Positions 10,534 to 22,442 of a DNA stretch of 64,000 nucleotides are shown in pieces. This DNA is from Flectonema sp. DT1601 (lineage: Eukaryota): the NCBI GenBank assembly GCA_964019425.1, contig OZ025801.1, positions 1,054,001-1,118,000 of the forward strand, read 5' to 3'. A program made the translations under genes and the position numbers. The notes under the pieces were generated by a model. The model made no database searches. It worked only from the letters and a program-made list of their open reading frames with translations, and had not been told where the DNA came from. Numbering within the stretch: the stretch's first letter is position 1; every line of letters begins with the position of its first letter.

Positions 10534-12372
10534 ATGGGAGGTTATAGAGGCGGGAAGGGACGGGGTGGTGGAGGAGGCGGCAAAGGACGTGGTGGTGGAG
10601 GAGGAGGAGGAGGCCAACAACAGTTCTCCAACATGAATGTCGAAACTGATTACCTACCTGAGGAATCAGTTCCGGAGAATACCAACAACAGTGGAGGTGG
10701 CGCAAGTCCTCTTCACTTAACTGACGTGACATTCAAATCGTTAACGTGGTTGTCAGAACCAACACAGAGAGCTATTCAACAAATATTGAAATTTAATGTT
10801 CTAACTGAAGTTCAACATTCCTCATTACCACCTGCACGTGCTGGGAAAGACGTTTTAGCCAAGGCAAGAACAGGAACAGGAAAAACCATCGCCTTCTTAC
10901 TCCCAGCTGTTGAACGATTAATTCCTGAAGTCGCAGCTCTTCAAAAACAGCGTTTGATATCTGTTTTAGTCTTATCACCAACAAGAGAACTTGCTAGTCA
11001 GATTGCTGCAGAGGCAGAGTCTCTAATTAAGTTCCACCCCATGCATGTTGCTTGCGTGGTAGGAGGAGTCAATATCAGAGGAGATATAAAGAGATTCAAC
11101 AGTACTCAACCTGTTGATATTCTTGTTGGTACTCCTGGTAGACTTCAGGATCACTTGAACTCAGGAACTATTTACGACAGATTACAAAGACTCTCAGCAC
11201 TCGTACTTGATGAAGCTGATCAACTGTTAGAACAGGGATTCAGACCTGACATTGAGAGAATCTTGAAAATGCTTCCAACAAACAGACAAACATTGTTATT
11301 CTCAGCAACAATGCCACAAGCATTGTATCAGGTTAAGCAGTTGGCCCTTAAGCCTGATCACGTTACTGTTGATTGTGTTCGTCAGGATGAGCAGCAGACT
11401 AATGCTCAAGTTGCTCAATACTCGATGGTCACTCCATTTGAGGAACACATCTACGCTGTTGCATCGATTCTATCGCAACACATGCAATCAGAGAAAGACT
11501 TTAAGATTATTGTTTTCTTTACTACTGCACACGTTACTGGATTCATGTCTAATTTATTTCAACGACTTGGGCTGAAGGTACTTGAGATGCACTCACGTAA
11601 GACTCAGTCAGTTAGAACTAAGATGTCTGATCAGTTTAGAAATGGTAAAAATATTATAATGTTTTCATCTGATGTATCAGCCAGAGGTGTTGACTACCCA
11701 GATGTTACTCTCTGTCTGCAGGTTGGTTTGACGACAAGAGAACAATACATTCACAGAGTTGGTAGAACTGGACGTGCTGGACGTACAGGATGTGGTATCC
11801 TTCTCGTCTGCCCATTCGAAACCAGCATTCTACACTCTCTGAATGATCTTCCAATCGAATCCACAAACGTCCCAAACAACACTTCTCTTCACTCTCAGTT
11901 GTCTTCAGCTCTGTCAGCTGTTGATTCTTCTCTTCTCGTTCCTGCCTCAGCCGCCTACCGCGCCTGGTTAGGTTACTACAACTCCAACCTGAAGAAGGTT
12001 AAATGGAATCAGGTTAAATTAGTTCAGATGGCTAACCAATACAGCTCTCTGTGTGGACTATCAGAAATACCTTCTCTTGAGAAGAAGACCGTCGGAAAGA
12101 TGGGACTACAGGGCGTACCTGGACTCACTATCGGACCTAAGGTTGGAGGTGGTGGGGGTAAGGGAGGTGGAAAGGGAGGACACCGTGGTGGAGGAAAAGG
12201 AGGACACGACGCCGTTGATTCGTTCGGAGGAGGAGGAGGAGGAAAGGGTGGAAAGGGAAAGGGCGGAAAGAAGGGACAAACTACTGCCCCACAGCATGAA
12301 TCTGTTCACCACCCATACGGTGGGAGAGGTCGAGGAGGAAAGGGAGGAGGCGGTTTCCGTGGAGGACATTAA
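10534..12372 (+). CDS. DEAD-box RNA helicase, Mss116/plant RH25-RH31-like, with Gly/RGG-rich termini
   Basis: Motifs ARTGTGKT, PTRELA, TPGRL, DEAD, SAT, SARGVD, HRVGRTGRAG. The C-terminal AYRAWLGYY is typical of this subfamily. Confidence 0.93.
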   Translation: MGGYRGGKGRGGGGGGKGRGGGGGGGGQQQFSNMNVETDYLPEESVPENTNNSGGGASPLHLTDVTFKSLTWLSEPTQRAIQQILKFNVLTEVQHSSLPPARAGKDVLAKARTGTGKTIAFLLPAVERLIPEVAALQKQRLISVLVLSPTRELASQIAAEAESLIKFHPMHVACVVGGVNIRGDIKRFNSTQPVDILVGTPGRLQDHLNSGTIYDRLQRLSALVLDEADQLLEQGFRPDIERILKMLPTNRQTLLFSATMPQALYQVKQLALKPDHVTVDCVRQDEQQTNAQVAQYSMVTPFEEHIYAVASILSQHMQSEKDFKIIVFFTTAHVTGFMSNLFQRLGLKVLEMHSRKTQSVRTKMSDQFRNGKNIIMFSSDVSARGVDYPDVTLCLQVGLTTREQYIHRVGRTGRAGRTGCGILLVCPFETSILHSLNDLPIESTNVPNNTSLHSQLSSALSAVDSSLLVPASAAYRAWLGYYNSNLKKVKWNQVKLVQMANQYSSLCGLSEIPSLEKKTVGKMGLQGVPGLTIGPKVGGGGGKGGGKGGHRGGGKGGHDAVDSFGGGGGGKGGKGKGGKKGQTTAPQHESVHHPYGGRGRGGKGGGGFRGGH

Positions 12373-13108
12373 ACCTGACTTCACTCTTTACATCCTTTCC
12401 TAAATTATCAGCAATTCCTTTTTTCGTATTTAAGATACCATTATTAGTGATGGTAATGTAGTTTATTACGTTTTCTTTTTGTGCAACTGGCCTTTATCCC
12501 CCCCGTTGATATTCCGAACATCGGGTAAGCGCTGGCAATCAGAAAGAAGAAAAAAAAATAGATAGCAATTTTTTTTTTTTTTTTTTTACAAAAAGTAGTG
12601 AAATGACATCGCGACTTTATATTTTCTTCCCTCATTGAGTGTATTTTCTTCATTTTTTTTTTTTTTTTTCCCGTTGCGAATTATGAAACGAATTTGTTTA
12701 AAAAATAAAATTCGTACAGAATGCAATTGAGAATCATTTTGAAACTGGTTGTGTGTGGATGTGGATTTCGCATAGTGAACCACAAACAGGTAATTTGCAT
12801 TTCGGGACGTAAGTAGAAACAGACAAAAAAAAAAAAAAATAATAATAATCAACTCATTTTATTTGAGTGTACTTTGCGAGAATACAAAAAAAAAAAAAAA
12901 AAAAAAAAAATCATATCTTTCGGTGGCTAGTCAATAGCTCACAGTAATGACGTCGAATGTTTTTGTGATTTAATAATTGTTGTTGGTTAATTGTTTTATT
13001 CCTTTTTTTACAGATTTAATAATGTGATTCCCAGAACCTGTTCTGTTTCTTTCTTTTGTCATATTATTACTTTGCTAACACAGATCTCTCTCTCTCCCAT
13101 CTCCCACA

Positions 13109-14497
13109 ATGCAAGGCGATGAATCAACTGAGTCCGATTATATTGTTAAGAAATACACTTCCTTACGATACAAAGGAAGGAAAGCGATCGATGTATTAAT
13201 AGGACTTCCCTGTTGTACTGTTTGGAATCAGAGTTTTGATCCTTTTATGAGTGACGCCTTCGACGTTTTGAATGAATTATGGAAGCTTCAATACAACTCA
13301 AGAGGTGTCCTGACATCATCATATGGTATAAAGAGATGGGAAATAGGTGAGATTGCTGCTAACTTAGGACAGCTATACTTCTATGCATACCAAAGAAAGG
13401 CGGAATTAGAGTCTCTAAAAAATGCTTACAACTTCTACAGCATACTTCGAGAGCGTTCATATTTAGATTTACCAACAGAACTATTGTCTCATCATACTAC
13501 ATTTGTTATTAAGAAGATGAGAGTGGCATCAAGATGTTGTATCGTCTGTTTACTTACAGACAATTGGGATGTATTCTCTGAATGTATATCTGAGCTAGAG
13601 ACCTTGCTACAATCATTGCAGAAGGTTTCTCCAAGTAATTCTAACTGCGTATTGTTTTCGTTATTAATTGAAGAAGGTCAAAACCTTTGTGAAATATTAA
13701 AATCAAAAGGAAGAGTTCCAAGACTGCCTACTTCATATCAACACAGAGATGTAATTATCTCGAATGCGATAATTGGAGTTAATCAACAAAAACAAGCGAA
13801 ATTTTCAGAACTCTCAATTGACATGATTCGAGTCATTCAGTCTCTTGAATGGGAACGCGATGTCCGACACAAGACAGTTAAAAAGATCTCATTGTACAGA
13901 CCGACTGCTTCCGATTTGACTTTAGCTGCTGCTTCAGCATGCCAGACAGGCCGTGGAGGACTATTATTTTATCTGAATGCTGATACAGAGACAGACAAAC
14001 ATAGTAGAATACCGCTGAGTGGTAACGAGTACTTGTATTCGAATGATTTGGTGTCTGCGGCGAGTAGGAGGCCGACCGTGATAATTTTACAAGGAGAAGG
14101 AGTTGTTGAGTTTATAAAGAATTCGTCACTGATTTCAGAACACGAATCTAGAATGAATGACGACAACGAAATCCCGCTATTGATAATTGCATCGTCGGAT
14201 GATAGGCTAACGGAATTCTTAACCAATCCTATTCCTCCTTTATCAAATAATAAACAAACTTCTACATCATCATCTGCATTAGATGATTATCATAATGCAT
14301 TCACTTCTGATGACGAGTATTGTTCTCTACATCAGTCGACGAGAAGGTTTGCTGTATCTCCTTTCATTTATAGATTTATTGCAAATTTCTGTCTCTCTCG
14401 TAGCAGTTTAAATGATCCTTTCATCTATCCTCCTGTTCCTGAATCAGTATTTAACTGTGAGGCTCAACGTAGTTGTTTGCAAGCAATAAGCACCTGA
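13109..14497 (+). CDS. SCAI: SCAI (suppressor of cancer cell invasion) family protein
   Basis: YGIKRWEIGEIAANLGQLYF...YNFYSILRERSY, KFSELSIDMIRVIQSLEWE and LYRPT match conserved SCAI blocks. Confidence 0.85.
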   Translation: MQGDESTESDYIVKKYTSLRYKGRKAIDVLIGLPCCTVWNQSFDPFMSDAFDVLNELWKLQYNSRGVLTSSYGIKRWEIGEIAANLGQLYFYAYQRKAELESLKNAYNFYSILRERSYLDLPTELLSHHTTFVIKKMRVASRCCIVCLLTDNWDVFSECISELETLLQSLQKVSPSNSNCVLFSLLIEEGQNLCEILKSKGRVPRLPTSYQHRDVIISNAIIGVNQQKQAKFSELSIDMIRVIQSLEWERDVRHKTVKKISLYRPTASDLTLAAASACQTGRGGLLFYLNADTETDKHSRIPLSGNEYLYSNDLVSAASRRPTVIILQGEGVVEFIKNSSLISEHESRMNDDNEIPLLIIASSDDRLTEFLTNPIPPLSNNKQTSTSSSALDDYHNAFTSDDEYCSLHQSTRRFAVSPFIYRFIANFCLSRSSLNDPFIYPPVPESVFNCEAQRSCLQAIST

Positions 14498-14740
14498 TGA
14501 GTTTTGAATCCGACGAGCGTAATTTATAAACAAAGTCAGATCGGTATAATGCACACTGTACCTGATACACTTTCGTTTGGCTTAGAAAGGGGAATATTGC
14601 ACGACTTTGAAGGACCCCCATCACCGTGGCTCAAAGTGTACATGAAAAGTCTCTTTTCTAATTTAAAATGAAATTGTTGCCCTGAAAGATCAAAACAAGG
14701 GACTCTGTTTCGAGTTTCGAAAAAACACTTTTTTTAAGGC

Positions 14741-14771
<31 letters not shown>

Positions 14772-15134
14772 CATTCACCGAGAAAAAAACAAACGAGTAA
14801 CTGCAATAAAATGATAAAAACACGAGAGTCTGCAGAACGCAAAGATTTTCTTTTTGTTTTCTTTCAAAGTTTCTTTTTTTATTTTTTTTTCCCCCTGAAT
14901 CACCGTTACTTTCATAGTTTTATCTTCCAATGAAAACCTTATTCTTAGAATGGAGTGTCTTATTGCAACCACCTTTGGCAGTGAAATTGCTTGTCTAGTG
15001 ACTTGGTTGTATTTCAGTAAGATTAGTTGTTAAGTTGTTTTTTTTTTTTTTTTTTTCATCAAACAGGTCTTAATAATAATCATAAATATATAATTACATT
15101 ATCATCGTCTTTCTCAGTCATCAGTCTCGTAGTA

Positions 15135-16310
15135 ATGTTTCGAATAACCAGAGTAGCGCTACGTTATAAACAAGAAGTATTTCTTGCAAAACAAGAATTC
15201 TTCTTACAGCAAGTAATGAGAGGTTTGAAAATTGAGAAAAGATGGGAACCAGGAATGGGATATGGAGTCTTCGCAAGAGAACCTGTTTATAAGGGAGATT
15301 TGATTATGTTCGATTTACCATTTATGTCACTTGATATAAACCAAATACCAGAAGCAATAAAGAATTTGTTAATGGAATTTGAAACCAATAAAAAGGTTGC
15401 AGAAGTACTTCATCAAACAGTTGAATCTGTTTGTTTTGAATCAAAAAAATCACAAGAAGCGGTCAAAGACTATATTCTACACAAAGAAATTGATATCGAT
15501 CTCACATGGATGACACTATTAGCGAGTTGGGGTGTAACGTATTGCAATAATCTTTCACCAGTAAATGCAATTCCGTTTAGCTACTTTTCATACATTGATG
15601 ACCACTACGAAAATGATCCATTAGGACAGAGAATACTAGAATTAGGATACGAGAATATTCTTGATGTAACAGGTATTGATAGTGAAAAGTTCACCATGGA
15701 AGACTTCTGGATTTCATTGTTCAAAGTAAAGAGTAATGTCCATAACGATGCTTTGTACCCAGTTGCTCCGACTCTTGTCAATCACAGCTGTTGGCCAAAT
15801 GCAACTTTTGCAGCAGACGGTGCTTTAGTTGCAACAGTAGACATACCATCTGACACACAGGTTACTATCGCTCTGTACGGCTCAGATTGTTCTTCAGTGG
15901 AAAGTAAAGGACTGGCAGGTAAAAAGTTTAAGTGTTTCACTCCTGGTTGTCAGTTCTCAAAAAGAATACCATTACCAGAACCAAAGAACGAAGAACCGAA
16001 AGAGATTTTATATCGCACCCCTTGGCACAGAATGGATTTGGGAGGTCCGGTTTTTCTCATTGACTGTAAAAGTGAAGATCTTTGGGAGAGTCCTGCCAAG
16101 GCGAAATATAAACAAGTTCGAGAAAATGAAGTTACTAGATCAGGTATCGATCGCAACTCTTCTCCACAACTTCCGGGATCCAGACCACGAAGGCTACTAA
16201 TCAGAGAAACACCTGGAAACTCTGGTCAACTTCTATCTGTGAGTCCTCCTCAAGGACCAGGTGAAATTCATTCAAAGGCACCAAAACCATTACTGACAGG
16301 TTTGTTATAG
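15135..16310 (+). CDS. SET-domain protein (SMYD-like split SET) with a putative mitochondrial presequence
   Basis: GMGYGVFAREPVYKGDLI, NHSCWPNA and ATVDIPSDTQVTIALY. N-terminus is MFRITRVALR. Confidence 0.8.
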   Translation: MFRITRVALRYKQEVFLAKQEFFLQQVMRGLKIEKRWEPGMGYGVFAREPVYKGDLIMFDLPFMSLDINQIPEAIKNLLMEFETNKKVAEVLHQTVESVCFESKKSQEAVKDYILHKEIDIDLTWMTLLASWGVTYCNNLSPVNAIPFSYFSYIDDHYENDPLGQRILELGYENILDVTGIDSEKFTMEDFWISLFKVKSNVHNDALYPVAPTLVNHSCWPNATFAADGALVATVDIPSDTQVTIALYGSDCSSVESKGLAGKKFKCFTPGCQFSKRIPLPEPKNEEPKEILYRTPWHRMDLGGPVFLIDCKSEDLWESPAKAKYKQVRENEVTRSGIDRNSSPQLPGSRPRRLLIRETPGNSGQLLSVSPPQGPGEIHSKAPKPLLTGLL

Positions 16311-16546
16311 ATATGACTGTTGTTTGAAAATGTTATAATTAGTACGAACTGAGCCAAGCAGAGAGTTTAGGTGTCGAATCGAATGATTCCTTTTTTATGT
16401 TTTTTTAGTCATGGAGAGTCAACATGTTTATTGATAATTATTTCATATTATTAATTATATTTAAAACTAGTTGTCGTGGTATCTCTTTTTAAGATTAGTT
16501 TTACAATTAATATTATCACATTTCTCACAGGGGTCTCCCCCTCATA

Positions 16547-19379
16547 ATGTTTCGAAGATGTGTGTGCCGGTTCAGCGCACAAGTTGAGTGGTTAAATGGA
16601 ACCAGAGTTTTTACACATGAAGGTCAGAGATGGACAGAGTACCCAATGCCAACAGAACCGTCATCAGATGAGGCTGTTTACTATGCAGTCGGTAACAAGT
16701 CAATGTTTAAGAAGGATCTTCCATTCAGCCCTGAGGAAGCTGATCCAAATATTGAAATGGTAAGTGGTGGATTTGTTTGGAAACCAACAAACAAGACTTG
16801 GAAACGAGTAGAAGAATCAATTGGTAAGTACTACTACTACAATCAAAGGATTAGTTGCAGAAGTCCGTTAGATGTTCCGGAAATGGCTGGCGAAACCAAA
16901 CCAGAGGCATCAGTTGCTGAACCTGAACCTGTAGTTGAACCTGAGGCAATCACGCCTGAAGATATCAAAGTTGAAGAACGGACAGTAACAGAACCAGAAT
17001 TAGAAGTAGTGGCTGCAGAAGTACAGAAAACGGCAACGGAAACAGAGCCAGAAGTGGCTGCTGAACCGGAACCAGAAGTAGTGGTTGCCGAACCAGAACC
17101 AGAAGTAGTGGTTGCCGAACCGGAACCAGAAGAGGTGGTTGCGGAAGAAGAACAGAAAGAAGCAGATGTCGTACCTTCGGAAGAACTGAAAGCAGAAGTT
17201 GTAGTCGAGGAAGTAACACCTCCTGCAGTAGAAGAACCAGCTGAGGTAACTGTCACTCAAATTGATAATGAAGAGATACTGGTTAGACCATCTCGTGTCA
17301 CTCCTGAAGTAATAAAAGAGGTCCAACGTGAACCTGATTTCGGAATTGTTGACGAAGACATGGTCCCAGTCATTGAGGAGTTTACTTTAGAAGAGGTCGT
17401 AAAATCTGAAGAAAAAACTGATCTGAAATTCGACGACGATAATTCAATTGAACTTATTCAACCAGAGTTAAGTGAAGTAGCAGATGAGATTCCAGACAGC
17501 CGCTCTCTTGCTGTCACCAGAGCACTGGCTCTCATTTCAGAATCTGACAGTACCATCGCGACATTGAAAACGACTCTACCTCCATCGATCTACAACAAAA
17601 TCAAATCAGAGATTACTATTCCTGTTCCTAAAATGGATTCTCTGTTTCTAACTGATTCCTTCAGTCATTCAGACTTATCACTTTCTGTTGAGGAATTAAC
17701 ATCTGAAGACTATGCCTACAGACAGGAAGGACTCAGGGGTGTTTTGTATAAGCTAGCGGCTAAGGAATACTCTAATAGAGCTATTGATGTTGAGAAACAG
17801 TTACTTGATATTAGAGAAACATTAAGTGACCCTGAAGGGTTAACAGGGGAGACAGAAGCAGAGAAGGAAGAGCAAAAGAAAAGATTACAATCGGAAGCCG
17901 AGCTGCTTGAAGTAACTCTCAAAGATTGTGATAGACTGAAGTCTGACTACAGGACGAAGAGTGAATCAGCTGCTCTGCTTTCTATTGAAACTGCTGCAAC
18001 TCATAAGAAATCTCTTTTACCAAGAGAGACGAAAAGACTACTTGCACTTCCCTACAATCCTTTTCATGGTGTTTATCCTGTACTTATGCCAAGCCAAGCA
18101 TCGAAATCCCTTACAAAGTTTACAGCTAACTGTCTAGCTTTGTCAGAACATTTAATGGAAGCTCACGCTGTTAGAGAAATTTTACAAAGTGAAGCTTCTC
18201 TCAGTGCTACTGTCTTAGAGTCGCATCAACATTTAAAAACTGTTATCAGTGACAGCAAGAAGGGTACTTGGGACTTTAAGGAAACCAAAGCAAATATCAC
18301 AAAAGCCAAGGCAATGGCACACTACTCATCAGAAACTCACAACAGCTACATCTTTTGGAATAGTATGGTACCTGGAGGATCACCACTTCAATCTGACTCA
18401 CTCATGGGCATTGCGATTGATACTCTTTGGGGAAGCTATGAACAATTTGAAGAAGAGTTTATTATAGCCTCCAGAAGTATGATGGGAAATGGATACATTT
18501 GGTTAGTTTATGAAAAACCACTTTATGTTAAAAAGAATATTTCCATAAAGAGGTATTCTGAACAGAAAGTTAATCCAGAACCTGAATCTGAAACACCACT
18601 TCTAACAGAAGGGGATTCCGCATCAGATGCTATCGAAGTCGCTACGGAGTTGTCTGTTGAACCTGTTGAAACTTTAACTCAAAAAATAATAAAGAGATTA
18701 TATACTTCTGATAATGATGAGATTCAAGAGCATTGTTTGAAAATTATTACAACAATACAATCTGATTCACCACTTGCTCATGGAATGCAGGTTTGTCTTA
18801 TTATTATTATTATTATTATTATTTTTTTATTATTATATTCTTTCCAAACAACAAGTTGAAATTAATTCACAACAGCCAATATTCGGTATTGATATGACTC
18901 CGTGTTTGACTTTCGATGAAGCATCATTCCCACAAGATGAAAAACAATCAACTGACATAAATCACCACTGCCCAGAGGGATACGTCACTAGGTATCTTAA
19001 AACTGTTGATTGGAGGAGAGCAGACTATCAGCTTAGAACTTGCTTACCTGATCTCATGCTGGAAGATCCTGACTTAGTTGAGTCCAGTGAATGCCTAAAG
19101 ACTAACTCTGGTGAGATTCTGCACAACCTGTGGGCTGAGAAACTTCCTGCGGTATGTTTTCTTGTCTTCAACCTTTATGGCGGAGGGAAAAAAAAAAAAA
19201 AAAAAAAACGATAAATTCCCAAACAGGCATCGACCGACAAATTAACATCGTCGAGGCGTTCGTTCGCAGAATTCAGAAGGAAATGTTCCGGAACTGCTTC
19301 CACAGATTTGATTGATGAGATGGAGGAAAGGATTAAAAAGATCGAAAAAGTTAAAAGTCAGAAACAGCAGCACAGCTAA
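16547..19379 (+). CDS. Large mitochondrial-type protein with an acidic EPE repeat region and a C-terminal degenerate Fe/Mn-SOD fold (exons 16547-18790, 18876-19151, 19227-19379)
   Basis: Presequence-like MFRRCVCRFS. SOD-like blocks FWNSMVPGG, AIDTLWGSYEQFEEEF, GNGYIWLV, and after splicing QPIFGID and YLKTVDW. Both GT-AG introns keep the frame. Confidence 0.8.
17064..17143 (+). repeat. Coding tandem repeat, ~27-nt unit encoding EPEPEVVVA, about 3 copies
   Basis: GAACC(G/A)GAACCAGAAG(T/A)(A/G)GTGGTTGC is repeated in tandem. Confidence 0.85.
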
Positions 19380-20019
19380 GTATACTTTCACAGCTATGCG
19401 GACATAACCAACTTTGACTGATAACCAGTCCTCTTGACATCTGAGAACAGCACTTCTACAGACTGTTTGTACAACAGAAGATGAGCATCCATCTAAAATC
19501 TTTTAGTACAAAAGTTGCTGACGAATAGCTGTCTTGTTGCATGCCACTCAAACTGTTTGGATGAAATAGGTGCTATCTAGTCATGTACCATTGTGAATAC
19601 TTTGTTCCTGTATTCTACGAAAAACCACCCATTACCCTTCCCCGCTATTCAGGTTCTTATCACCGTTGCGTAGTGTTTTACTGTTTTTTTTTATTATTTT
19701 ATTTTATATTATTTATCAACCGGCTCGTTTTTTCACAAAAGGAAAAAGAGTTGCAAAAGGTGGATAGAAGGGCAATTCTTTGCTGTTTTTTTTTTTCTTT
19801 TTTTTTTTTTTCATCAATGTTTGCAAAAAAAAAAAAAAAAAAAAAAAGGGAGAAAGGGAAAAAAAAAAGCAGGGATATGCCTGCAGTAGTGTTTTTGTTA
19901 TTATCTTCATCCGATTGGCTCTGTAGTTAAGATGTTTTATTGTTTTATGTTATTTCTTTCTCTTCTTTTATTTCTCTCTTTGTTAATAGTTTTGCAGACG
20001 TAAATCATTCAGCTCTCAC

Positions 20020-20736
20020 ATGGATCCATCGGAAGTAGATGAACAGACCATCAAGGAGGCTCTGGATGCAAAACTTGGTAGTGGATTCAAAGCATTAATT
20101 AAGGATTTGAGATACACTCATTCGACAATTGACCTCTCGCCTAACTGTCAGAACTTAGAAAAACTTTATAAACCATTCTACGATCTCCATCGACAAGGAG
20201 AAAACCATATTGAAATTTCTGTAAAGGTGTTTGTTAACAAGAGGAAGCTGTATTGTACCGAAAACAGAAAATTATGCTACTTGAAAATGTACCAAGGCTT
20301 ACATAGCTTTGAGTCATTTACTGTATCCTGCATCAGGGTGAAAAAGGAGACCCGTGAGTTTACGACTACAAACGATGGCGAGTCAATAGCATGTGGTTCC
20401 AGTAAGGGTCCTACCTGGGATAAAAAACTTAACAGCGAGTTAGAAAAGATTGGAAAATTACAAAAGCTTGTAGAAACACTCAGATCTGAACTTCGAGATG
20501 TACGACTAAACGATCTTGAATCACTTAGTACTCCACCTGAGTCATCGTTTGACTTCACTTCAACAGCAGGAAGTGAGTCCGAAAAAACTCAAAGGACACA
20601 AAAATTGAATAACCTGCAGAGTGATTACAAGTGTCTGCTACACGCTATGGCCAAAGATGCAAAAAATATGTGCAGAGATGCAAAAAACTTACAGCAGGTG
20701 GCTAAAATCTTTTTGCAAAGGGAATCATTAAAATAA
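20020..20736 (+). CDS. Hypothetical protein with a possible degenerate ParB/Srx-like N-terminal domain and a coiled-coil C-terminus
   Basis: The ORF follows TTTTGCAG. LRYTHSTI...LYCTENRKL loosely resembles the IRFTQxSI...DNRRL ParB-like pattern (weak match). Confidence 0.6.
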   Translation: MDPSEVDEQTIKEALDAKLGSGFKALIKDLRYTHSTIDLSPNCQNLEKLYKPFYDLHRQGENHIEISVKVFVNKRKLYCTENRKLCYLKMYQGLHSFESFTVSCIRVKKETREFTTTNDGESIACGSSKGPTWDKKLNSELEKIGKLQKLVETLRSELRDVRLNDLESLSTPPESSFDFTSTAGSESEKTQRTQKLNNLQSDYKCLLHAMAKDAKNMCRDAKNLQQVAKIFLQRESLK

Positions 20737-21161
20737 CGTTCAGATCATCAGTATTTTCATATCAGAAGTGCTCTGCCGTTCATCAGCAGTTCGGTAGACG
20801 TTTCTGCTCAGTACCAACTCCGTTGCTTTAGTAACGGAGTCGCGTACAATTGTTTTCTTTTTTTATAAATGTATTTTGGATAAAACACTTGTCTGTTATC
20901 ACGTTAGGATTTAAAAAACCTGTAACGGCATAGAATCGGTATTGTGCAACAAACAATGTTTCGGTTGTGCGCAAGCAGACATATTGGTGTTCTTTACTGC
21001 ATTTGTTTTTCTCTTTTCTCTTTTTTTTTTTTTTTTTTTTTTCTTCCCTCTTATATTGTGAAAACAGGTGTCTGAAGCCCAGGGTGTATTTCACTTCCCT
21101 TTGTTTCCAGTCAAGTAATGGGTTTTTTTTATCATAAAAAATGATTACTTAAAAATCAACA

Positions 21162-22295
21162 ATGAAACCACCTTCATGGAACTGGGGAGACAAACAAGTA
21201 GCCATATCTCTTTATCGTAAAATAACAGACACAAAGCGTACTCCGTCGATACTGCGAGAGGTGTACAAAAGGCTTGGCGAGGTAAGGAGTAGTAATCGGG
21301 AATTGGGTCCAGAATGCAAAAAAATCGAAGTCTTGGCAGAAATATTCCACGGAAGTATGAGAGTTGCTGACAACTTATTTCAGAACATTGAAAATAGAAC
21401 TGGACTACACAGCTACATGTTTATGGGATACGCAAACAATAAGATGGAAAACGATATGTTTCGCATAATACAACAAGAGCTTGTGGACAATGGTGAAATC
21501 TCATTATCGACTTACAAGGAACTGATGGCACACCACAGTAGGGTTGGGGCATCTGATAAAGCAGATGCACTTTTTGAAGATATTAAAATAAAAATACCTT
21601 CGGAAAACATCCCTCGACAAGTATACAAGTGTTGGATGCTTGCGACTCACGATAACTTTGAACTCGCAAAAAGTCGGATTTCTTATTGTTTGGATGTCGG
21701 AATCGAAAAACCAATTTGTCTACTTTGGCTCATTGAGAGCCTTCTCATATCAACAAAGCAACCTGAAGTAGCAGAAGAAGCAATTTCATGGGTTACTACG
21801 GAGGAACCCGGTATTGTAATCACTAGTGCGATATGGAGAGAATTGTTAAGAGGATATTCTCTCAAGGGTGATTTTAACTCTTTATTGAGACTCAAAGATA
21901 AAAACTTCAGAGTAACCTCGTGGTTTGACATATGCCTCATCACTGCTTGCAGATTCGCTATTGTCAATCAACCCAATGAGATACCTGACCTGAATGTTTA
22001 TGTTATGTTAGCAGAGGGGTCATACATAAGTCTTCTTGATCAGACGAAAGTCTTACTTAGAGACCAGATGAGGTCTCTTGACTCGTTGGTTTATATATGC
22101 GCAAGTGCACTCCTTCCCGAAAAGGCCAATAAATACTACTTTGAAATCCAGTCACGCAGCACTCCATCACGAATGGCTGACCGTGCTATGAGCAATATGT
22201 ATTCGCGTCTGGGAGACTTAGAAAAAGCTCAGAAATACGCTACTGTAAGTGGTGCTGTGCGAGAACTACAAATTGGGATTCGAAGTATAAATTGA
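21162..22295 (+). CDS. Pentatricopeptide-repeat (PPR)-like protein
   Basis: Helical repeats such as TYKELMAHHSRVGASDKADALFEDI, IWRELLRGYSLKGDF and AMSNMYSRLGDLEKA. Confidence 0.7.
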   Translation: MKPPSWNWGDKQVAISLYRKITDTKRTPSILREVYKRLGEVRSSNRELGPECKKIEVLAEIFHGSMRVADNLFQNIENRTGLHSYMFMGYANNKMENDMFRIIQQELVDNGEISLSTYKELMAHHSRVGASDKADALFEDIKIKIPSENIPRQVYKCWMLATHDNFELAKSRISYCLDVGIEKPICLLWLIESLLISTKQPEVAEEAISWVTTEEPGIVITSAIWRELLRGYSLKGDFNSLLRLKDKNFRVTSWFDICLITACRFAIVNQPNEIPDLNVYVMLAEGSYISLLDQTKVLLRDQMRSLDSLVYICASALLPEKANKYYFEIQSRSTPSRMADRAMSNMYSRLGDLEKAQKYATVSGAVRELQIGIRSIN

Positions 22296-22442
22296 GAAAT
22301 TGCTATTTTTTTATTATTTTTTTTTGAGCAACACAAAATGCGGCCGCTCATCGAGCGACAATACGCAACGTAATTCCATTTTTGGGAATAATATTGTGAT
22401 AACAAAACTAATTCCCCAGCGTAGGAAAATAATATTCCGACA

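Noticed and set aside
16843..17326. Minus-strand Ser/Thr-rich ORFs, and similar antisense ORFs within other genes
   Set aside because: They are shadows of the + strand coding sequence and its repeats.
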